From Ruminococcus sp. UBA4240 (GTDB taxonomy: Bacteria > Bacillota > Clostridia > Oscillospirales > Ruminococcaceae): 64,000 bases of DNA. Both the position numbers and the translations under genes were made by a program. How positions within the stretch are numbered: the first letter of the stretch is position 1; every line of letters begins with the position of its first letter. The stretch lies in the NCBI GenBank assembly GCA_002395525.1, contig DGXE01000024.1, positions 18,692-82,691 on the forward strand, written 5' to 3'. Of the stretch, positions 57,649 through 64,000 are shown piece after piece. A model generated the notes under the pieces. The model searched no databases, was not told the origin of the DNA, and saw only the letters and a list, made by a program, of their open reading frames with translations.

Positions 57649-59103
57649 ATGAAGAAAAGGGCTGAAAAGCAGGCGGGCTTGCAGAATATAAAAAAGAGCC
57701 TGCGCAGTGTCCGCTTTACGGTGTGGATATACTTTGCCATATTCATAGTTGCCATACTGGTGCTCATATGGATAACCTTTACTGCCACCTTTACCGCCAA
57801 CTACCGCACCCAGAAGGAGAACACCGTGCGCTCGGTGGGGGAGCACATCGTGACGGCGCTCTACGGAGGCGGCCTTTCGGGGCGCACCATTGACGCTCTC
57901 GGGCGGGATAACGACCTGTGCATAATACTCCAGGACTCCTACGGAATAACCCTGTATTCCTATGATGCGCTCGGGGGCAACTGCTATATCCACGGCAGTG
58001 GTGCCTCGGAGCTGGCAGGGTACCGCACCCTTGCGGACAGCGCAGCAGACGGGCAGTATTACACCGAGATGAAGAATGAGACCATAGATCAGGATACCAT
58101 ACTGCTTGTCCGCAAGGTGGGGGACGTGGAATATCCCATGTATGTGTTCATAAACACCACGGTGGAGCCTGTGGCAGCCACCGTGTCCCTTATCCGCTCC
58201 CAGATGATGCAGATAAGTGCCGCCATGCTCATACTGGGCTTCGGCATATCCATATTCCTCTCCAACCTTATCAGCCGCCCCATAGTGCGCATAACACGCT
58301 CCGCCAGAAAGCTGGGGCAGGGGGACTACAACGTGGAGTTCAACGGCAGCGGCTATACCGAAACGGAGCAGCTTGCAGACACTCTGAACTTTGCCTCCCA
58401 CGAGATAAGCAAGGTGGACGGTATGCGCCGGGATCTTATGGCAAACATATCCCACGACCTGCGCACCCCCCTTACCATGGTGAAGGCATATGCGGAGATG
58501 ATACGGGATCTCTCCGGGGACGACCCGGTGAAGCGGGCGCAGCACCTTGATGTCATAATCGACGAATCCGACCGCCTTGCGGCTCTGGTAAACGACATTC
58601 TCGACCTTACCAAGCTGGAGAACGGCACAGGGGAGTTAAATCTCGGGGTCATAGACCTCCACGGATGCATAGAGTCCATCATGACCCGCTACACCATCCT
58701 TGCTGAGCAGAAAGGGTATACCTTTATTGTGAGCGTGCCGGAGGGTATGTACATAAGGGCGGATGAGATAAAGCTGGAGCAGGTGCTTTACAACCTTATC
58801 AACAACGCAGTCAACTACTCCGGGGAGGAAAAGACCATATATGTGACCGCTGTGAGACAGGGCGGGGACATAGAGGTAGCTGTCACGGACACGGGGGAGG
58901 GCATAAGCAAGGAGCTGATGCCCCTCATCTTCGACCGCTACTACCGTGCGGAAAAGTCCAAGCGGGAGGTCATAGGCACAGGCCTGGGCCTTTCCATAGT
59001 AAAGCAGATACTCATACTCCACGGCTTTGAGTTCGGGGTGCGCTCCGAGGTCGGCACAGGCAGCACCTTCTGGTTCAGGACACAGAGCGTTGAGGGCTCT
59101 TAG
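57649..59103 (+). CDS. sensor histidine kinase (TM-sensor-TM-HAMP-HisKA-HATPase)
   Basis: 484 aa, H-box MANISHDLRTPLT, N box LYNLINNAVNY, G boxes DTGEGI and GTGLGLSIV. Confidence 0.9.
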   Translation: MKKRAEKQAGLQNIKKSLRSVRFTVWIYFAIFIVAILVLIWITFTATFTANYRTQKENTVRSVGEHIVTALYGGGLSGRTIDALGRDNDLCIILQDSYGITLYSYDALGGNCYIHGSGASELAGYRTLADSAADGQYYTEMKNETIDQDTILLVRKVGDVEYPMYVFINTTVEPVAATVSLIRSQMMQISAAMLILGFGISIFLSNLISRPIVRITRSARKLGQGDYNVEFNGSGYTETEQLADTLNFASHEISKVDGMRRDLMANISHDLRTPLTMVKAYAEMIRDLSGDDPVKRAQHLDVIIDESDRLAALVNDILDLTKLENGTGELNLGVIDLHGCIESIMTRYTILAEQKGYTFIVSVPEGMYIRADEIKLEQVLYNLINNAVNYSGEEKTIYVTAVRQGGDIEVAVTDTGEGISKELMPLIFDRYYRAEKSKREVIGTGLGLSIVKQILILHGFEFGVRSEVGTGSTFWFRTQSVEGS

Positions 59104-59123
59104 TTGTATAATCAGATCATGAG

Positions 59124-59156
59124 GGATGGGGAGAATACGCTCCTCATCCTTTTTTC
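59124..59156 (+). terminator. rho-independent terminator
   Basis: GGATGGGGA / TCCTCATCC stem (one mismatch) followed by TTTTTTC. Confidence 0.65.
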
Positions 59157-59241
59157 TGACTTCTGATGGGCGAAAGGCAACAAGACTGGCTGTACAAATT
59201 AGTAAATCTGCCAAATTTTCCCGAAGTAAATTTACAATGCA

Positions 59242-59270
59242 TTGACAAATCTGTAAAAAAATGATAGAAT
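59242..59270 (+). promoter_or_regulatory. sigma-A type promoter of the GGDEF-EAL gene
   Basis: TTGACA (59242-59247), 17-nt spacer, TAGAAT (59265-59270), TGn extended -10. Confidence 0.6.
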
Positions 59271-59340
59271 GTAAAGTAACAATGGGTAATTGTCTTTTGT
59301 GACGATCGGTTTCAACATTTAAGGAAAGGCGGTGGCAGAT

Positions 59341-61662
59341 ATGAAAAATAACAAGAACAAAGAGTCTGACTCTTTTCTGCTGCTGTCTGCGGCGCTGCTG
59401 GCAGCTCATATCGCCGTCATAGCCCTTGCCTGCGTATTTTTCGCCCTTATCTCCCTGATAGAGAACACCACTCTGCGCACTATCTATTTTGCGGCGCTCA
59501 TGGCTCTGACCATGGTGGTCACCATAGTCATGGATGCCTTCTACACACGCATGGTGCGGCGCAATAATGCAGCGATCAAGATACAGTCCATAGTCAGCCG
59601 TGTAAACACACTTGCCATACTGTGGGATACCTCATACAGGGTGATCATGGTAAATGATGCCTTTGAAAACTCCACCCACTATTCCAAGGACGACATCAGC
59701 GACATGGAGACCCTGAAAAAGATACTTCCCGAACGGGCATTTACCATGGATCTCAACGACCCTGCAAAGCTGGAGGAGTTCATCCGCTGCGACTTTGAGC
59801 CTGTCACCATACAGGGGCGCACAGGGGGCTCCGTCAAGACGGTGTGGAGCCACCTGGTCATCACCGATGTGGGCATATTCAGCGGCAGTGAGGCAGTGAT
59901 ACTCTCCCTTGGGGCTAACATCTCCGAGGAGGACAGGATGCGGGAGGAGCTCCAGAGCTACTCCACAAAGGCTACGGACAACGAAAAGCTGTACCATATG
60001 TCCGTGGAGCTTTCCGAGATAGGCATGGTCATAGGCTCTGACAAGCAGAGCGGCTTCTATGTCACAGACAGCTTCCGCCGTATGCTGGGCTTCCCCGAGG
60101 ACGAGGAATATGTGGAGAACAAGGACATTGTGGAAAGGATCCACCCTGATGACAAGGAAGCTCTGGCACGGGTGCTTATGAGCGCTGTGTCGAGCCCTCA
60201 GATGGGTCAGTCCGCAAGGGCGCAGTTCAGAGCATCCGACGGCAAGGGAAACTATCACTGGTACGAAATGCGCTTCAAGCACTCAAAGGATGACAAGGGG
60301 GGCTACCTCAGCTGCGGTGCCCTTATCAACATCGACGAGAGCAAGAGCCGTGACGAGCTTATAGAGCGCATGGCATACTTTGACGAGCTGACACAGGTCT
60401 ACAACAGACAGCGCTTGATGATGCTGGGCAACGAGATCTTCAAAAGTGCCTCTGATGAAAAGAATTACTGGGTAGTGGCACTTGATGTGGATGATTTCCA
60501 CATAATAAACGATACCTGCGGCTACGGCACAGGAGATATGCTCCTGAAACAGGTGGCGCTCATCCTCATGCGGCAGGCTCCCAATAATTCCGTCATCGCA
60601 AGGATCGGCGGGGACAACTTTGCCATGATAGTCCCCATGGGACAGGGCGTGGAGAACATCGCCGTGCTCATAGCAGCCATACAGGAGGAGGTGGCAAAGG
60701 TCACGGAGCTGGGGCTTGACAACATGAACATCACCTGCTCGGCGGGCTACTGTGTCATGCACTCCGACCAGAACAGCGACTTCACCCGTGCCCTTGAACA
60801 CGCTGAATTCGCCCTTACTCTGGCAGGCAGCACCAAATCGGGCATACGCCGCTTTGACAGCAGGCTCAATCAGGCAGCGATCACACGTTCAAACATCGAA
60901 AAGGATCTTATAGCCGCCCTTGACAACAACGAATTCACCCTCTACTATCAGCCCAAGATAGACCTTGGAACAGGGGATATCATTGGCATGGAGGCACTGA
61001 TCCGCTGGATAAAGCCGGATGGCACCATAGTACCCCCCATGGAGTTTATACCCATTGCGGAGGGCTCCATGTTCATAACCAAGCTGTCACGCTTTGTGCT
61101 TCACGAGGCGTGCAGACAGAACAAGGAGTGGCAGGACAAGGGCTTCCCCCGCATGACCGTATCCGTGAACCTGACAGCGGTTGATTTCTACCAGTCCGAC
61201 ATCACAGCCACCATAACAGGGGTGCTGGAGGAGACAGGCCTTGATGCCAAATACCTTGACATCGAGCTTACGGAGTCCATGGCGCTAAAGGATATAAATG
61301 TCGCCATAAGCCAGATGAATGAGATGCGAAAGCTTGGGATAAAGATATCCATGGACGACTTCGGCACGGGTTACTCATCGCTTAGCTATATCCAGCAGCT
61401 GCCCATCACGTTGCTGAAACTTGACCGCTCCTTTATCATGTATTTGGAGGACGACAAGGTGTCCCGTGAGATAGTCTCTGCCGTTATCAGGATAGCAAAA
61501 TCCAAGAACATAGAGACCATAGCCGAGGGCGTGGAGTCCGCCGGTCAGGTGGGCATACTGCGGGATTCGGGCTGCGATCAGGGTCAGGGCTATTTCTTCG
61601 GCAAGCCCATGACAGCACAGGATTTTGAGCAGTTCATGCTTATGAAGAAAAACGCAAGATAG
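59341..61662 (+). CDS. membrane-anchored PAS / degenerate GGDEF / EAL protein (probable c-di-GMP phosphodiesterase)
   Basis: N-terminal TM segments and PAS-like regions. The GGDEF site reads IGGDNFA. The EAL domain is intact (MEALIRW, NLTA, ELTES, DDFGTGYSSL, KLDRSF, EGVES, QGYFFGKP). Confidence 0.85.
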   Translation: MKNNKNKESDSFLLLSAALLAAHIAVIALACVFFALISLIENTTLRTIYFAALMALTMVVTIVMDAFYTRMVRRNNAAIKIQSIVSRVNTLAILWDTSYRVIMVNDAFENSTHYSKDDISDMETLKKILPERAFTMDLNDPAKLEEFIRCDFEPVTIQGRTGGSVKTVWSHLVITDVGIFSGSEAVILSLGANISEEDRMREELQSYSTKATDNEKLYHMSVELSEIGMVIGSDKQSGFYVTDSFRRMLGFPEDEEYVENKDIVERIHPDDKEALARVLMSAVSSPQMGQSARAQFRASDGKGNYHWYEMRFKHSKDDKGGYLSCGALINIDESKSRDELIERMAYFDELTQVYNRQRLMMLGNEIFKSASDEKNYWVVALDVDDFHIINDTCGYGTGDMLLKQVALILMRQAPNNSVIARIGGDNFAMIVPMGQGVENIAVLIAAIQEEVAKVTELGLDNMNITCSAGYCVMHSDQNSDFTRALEHAEFALTLAGSTKSGIRRFDSRLNQAAITRSNIEKDLIAALDNNEFTLYYQPKIDLGTGDIIGMEALIRWIKPDGTIVPPMEFIPIAEGSMFITKLSRFVLHEACRQNKEWQDKGFPRMTVSVNLTAVDFYQSDITATITGVLEETGLDAKYLDIELTESMALKDINVAISQMNEMRKLGIKISMDDFGTGYSSLSYIQQLPITLLKLDRSFIMYLEDDKVSREIVSAVIRIAKSKNIETIAEGVESAGQVGILRDSGCDQGQGYFFGKPMTAQDFEQFMLMKKNAR

Positions 61663-61724
61663 CTGTACTTCACCGGCAGGCGGGAGCCTTCCGGACATAC
61701 AGCACACAAAAAGGATGGTGCAAT

Positions 61725-62807
61725 ATGTCAAAGAAAAGAATAGGTATCCTTACATCAGGGGGCGACTGCCCTGGACTCAACGCCACTATCAGAGGCGTTG
61801 CAAGGGCGTGCTACAACCAATTCGGGGACGATGTGAAGATCATCGGCATACAGAACGGCTATTACGGGCTTATCAACAACATCGCCCGTGAGATGCAGCC
61901 CTCGGAGTTTTCGGGGATACTCACCCAGGGGGGCACTATCCTCGGCACAAAGCGCCAGCCCTTCAAGATGATCTCCTCCATCGGGGAGGACAACATCGAC
62001 AGGGTAAAGCAGATGAAGGACACCTACAAGGACTTGAAGCTTGACTGCCTGCTGACCCTGGGGGGCAACGGCACCCACAAGACGGCAAATCTGCTGTCCC
62101 AGGAGGGGCTCAATGTCATAGGCCTCCCCAAGACCATAGACAATGACATCTACGGCACGGATGTCACCTTTGGCTTCCACACCGCAGTTGACACTGCCAC
62201 GGACGTTATCGACAGGCTGCACACCACAGCCGCCTCCCACAGCCGCATACTCATGGTGGAGATAATGGGCAACAAGGCGGGCTGGCTCACCCTCTATTCC
62301 GGTATTGCAGGGGGCGCAGATGCCATTGTTATCCCTGAGATACCCTATGACATCGACAAGATAATACAGTGCCTGCAGGAGCGCTCTGACAGAGGCCACC
62401 GCTTCTCCATAGTGGCAGTGGCAGAGGGCGCATACAGCAAGGAGGAGGCCAAGCTCAAAAAGAAGGAGCGGGCAAAGCGCCGCCTTGATGCGGGAATAAC
62501 CACCATTACAGCCACTATGGCAGGGGAGATACAGAAGGCAACAGGCATGGAAACAAGGGTATGCGTGCCCGGGCATATGCTCAGGGGCGGCTCTCCCTCA
62601 GCCTATGACCGCATACTTGCAACACGCTTCGGCGTAAAGGCGGCAGAGCTTATCGCAGACGGCAAGTACGGCGTATCCGTTGCCATGATAAAGTCGGAGA
62701 TAGGCACAAATCCCCTTGAGGAAGTGGCAGGCAAGACGAAGTTCGTAGATCCTGAGGGGGGCTATGTAAAGAGTGCAAAGGATCTGGGCATCTCCTTCGG
62801 AGACTGA
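61725..62807 (+). CDS. 6-phosphofructokinase (phosphoryl donor uncertain)
   Basis: 360 aa, IGILTSGGDCPGLNATIRGV, LGGNGTHKTA, GLPKTIDNDI, MGNKAGW, PGHMLRGG. Confidence 0.9.
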   Translation: MSKKRIGILTSGGDCPGLNATIRGVARACYNQFGDDVKIIGIQNGYYGLINNIAREMQPSEFSGILTQGGTILGTKRQPFKMISSIGEDNIDRVKQMKDTYKDLKLDCLLTLGGNGTHKTANLLSQEGLNVIGLPKTIDNDIYGTDVTFGFHTAVDTATDVIDRLHTTAASHSRILMVEIMGNKAGWLTLYSGIAGGADAIVIPEIPYDIDKIIQCLQERSDRGHRFSIVAVAEGAYSKEEAKLKKKERAKRRLDAGITTITATMAGEIQKATGMETRVCVPGHMLRGGSPSAYDRILATRFGVKAAELIADGKYGVSVAMIKSEIGTNPLEEVAGKTKFVDPEGGYVKSAKDLGISFGD

Positions 62808-62831
62808 TCCTGCCGCTGAAAGGAGAAAACA

Positions 62832-63704
62832 ATGATCCCGGTGGTTTTATCTGCTGTCATGCTGGCGGCTGCACCTATGGACAATGCTATGATGATAAAC
62901 GGTGCAAGCGCCATTGTGGGTCTTGCAAACCCCTGGACTGAATACGCATCCCCGGAGGAAGCGGGGCAGGCGGCAGGCTTCGGGTTTGAGCTTCCCGACA
63001 GCATTGAGGGCTATGACTTTGACACCGCAAGGGTAATGAACAGGGAGATAATTCAGGCGGACTTTGCCGACGGTGACAGCACCCTCACTCTGAGAAAGGG
63101 CACGGTCGAAGGGGACATCTCCGGGGACTACAATACCTATAAGAACAGGTACAGGGGCACTATCGGGGGCGTTACGGTGCATATCCGTGCCAATGGGGAG
63201 GAATTCTCCACCGCCGTATGGGAAAGGGACGGATACAAGTACTCATGCAGCTTTTCCCCGGCTGTTCCCAAAAGGACTATGGCAAAGGCTCTGAAAGCTG
63301 TCATCAGTAGTCTTGCAAACCCTTGGACTGAGTATTCATCCATGGAGGAAGCGGAACAGGCGGCAGGCTTTGGGTTTGAGCTCCCAGACAGCCTTGACGG
63401 CTACGAGTTTGACACCGCAAGGGTAATGAACAAGGAGATGATCCAGGCGGACTTTGCCGACGGTGACAGCACCCTCACCCTGAGGAAGGGCACGGTCGAA
63501 GGGGACATCTCCGGGGACAACAATACCTACAAAAACAGGTACAGGGGCACTATCGGGGGCGTTACGGTGCATATCCGTGCCAATGGGGAGGAATTCTCCA
63601 CCGCCGTATGGGAAAGGGACGGGTACAAGTATTCATGCAGCTTTTCCCCGGCTGTTCCCAAAAAGACGATGGCCGCCATTTTAAAGCAGCTATGCGCTGA
63701 TTAG
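62832..63704 (+). CDS. exported hypothetical protein made of two domains of about 130 aa (recent internal duplication)
   Basis: 290 aa with a hydrophobic N-terminus. LANPWTEY(A/S)S(P/M)EEA(G/E)QAAGFGFELPDS...GVTVHIRANGEEFSTAVWERDGYKYSCSFSPAVPK occurs twice with a 390-nt period (62922 vs 63312). Confidence 0.7.
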   Translation: MIPVVLSAVMLAAAPMDNAMMINGASAIVGLANPWTEYASPEEAGQAAGFGFELPDSIEGYDFDTARVMNREIIQADFADGDSTLTLRKGTVEGDISGDYNTYKNRYRGTIGGVTVHIRANGEEFSTAVWERDGYKYSCSFSPAVPKRTMAKALKAVISSLANPWTEYSSMEEAEQAAGFGFELPDSLDGYEFDTARVMNKEMIQADFADGDSTLTLRKGTVEGDISGDNNTYKNRYRGTIGGVTVHIRANGEEFSTAVWERDGYKYSCSFSPAVPKKTMAAILKQLCAD

Positions 63705-63710
63705 CAAAGC

Positions 63711-63744
63711 AGGAGGCAGGGAGCGATCCCTGTCTCCTTTTTCC
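63711..63744 (+). terminator. rho-independent terminator
   Basis: AGGAGGCAGGGA / TCCCTGTCTCCT stem (one mismatch) followed by TTTTCC. Confidence 0.65.
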
Positions 63745-63835
63745 TCCCGTATAGGGGCTGATATGTCAAAATCGTCAATAAAATATTAAAACATATGTTC
63801 ATAACGGATAAAGCGGGGAAAATTGTTATTCGCAC

Positions 63836-63864
63836 TTGACACGGAAAAATCAATGTGATATAAT
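63836..63864 (+). promoter_or_regulatory. sigma-A type promoter of the last gene
   Basis: TTGACA (63836-63841), 17-nt spacer, TATAAT (63859-63864), TGn extended -10. Confidence 0.6.
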
Positions 63865-63921
63865 CAAGTATACGGGAAGATGTCTGTACAGGCATCTGTA
63901 TGACAGATAGGAGACGGTAGT

Positions 63922-64000
63922 ATGAAGATAAAACCCAGGTATATAGTTATCTGCGCACTGCTCTGCGTGGCAGCGCTGGCTATCTCCATAGGTATGTTCT
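63922..64000 (+). CDS. 5' end of a gene for a membrane or secreted protein (partial)
   Basis: ATG after a GGAGA RBS. MKIKPRYIVICALLCVAALAISIGMF is hydrophobic. The gene runs off the window. Confidence 0.4.
   Translation, partial: MKIKPRYIVICALLCVAALAISIGMF

Noticed and set aside
57622-58545. 307-aa minus-strand ORF
   Set aside because: It is antisense to the histidine kinase gene, whose H, N and G boxes are unambiguous.
61755-62576. 273-aa minus-strand ORF
   Set aside because: It is antisense to the phosphofructokinase gene.

Overview
64-kb chromosomal window from a roughly 55% GC Gram-positive anaerobe. The gene content (GH5/Big_2 enzymes, cdaA-cdaR, MEP-pathway genes, xPKTG sorting signal) suggests a Ruminococcus/Oscillospiraceae-like gut or rumen Clostridia, but that is inference only. 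There are about 60 genes. Most are housekeeping: a complete F1Fo ATP synthase operon (atpI-B-E-F-H-A-G-D-C), cdaA-cdaR, ispE, ispF, pyrG, thrC, trxB, nadB, a phosphofructokinase, two divergent PaaK-like ligases, a GlnPQ-type amino-acid ABC transporter, an OmpR/HK pair and a GGDEF-EAL protein. Accessory or unusual material is interspersed. (1) A low-GC island of about 4.2 kb (about 9.05-13.25 kb) carries a BcgI-like Type IIB R-M pair, with a 24-bp tandem repeat in the specificity subunit, plus a zeta-toxin-like module, next to yceG-telA. (2) A low-GC VapBC (PIN/AF2212-like) module and a 66-aa ORF sit inside the atp operon, whose c subunit carries a two-carboxylate Na+-type motif. (3) A 4-gene operon combines two importer-type ABC permeases with a very long coiled-coil HlyD-like adaptor and a truncated MacB-PCD protein. 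(4) Three paralogous exported proteins are built from a YPWYxxxTGRYY repeat that I cannot assign to a known family. (5) An ORF-free nested repeat/hairpin array of about 1.1 kb lies at 39.6-40.7 kb. (6) At least four intergenic elements are bounded by inverted arrays of heptamer repeats. I saw no rRNA, tRNA, CRISPR array, integrase or transposase. All functional calls rest on motif recognition by eye and nothing was searched against a database.
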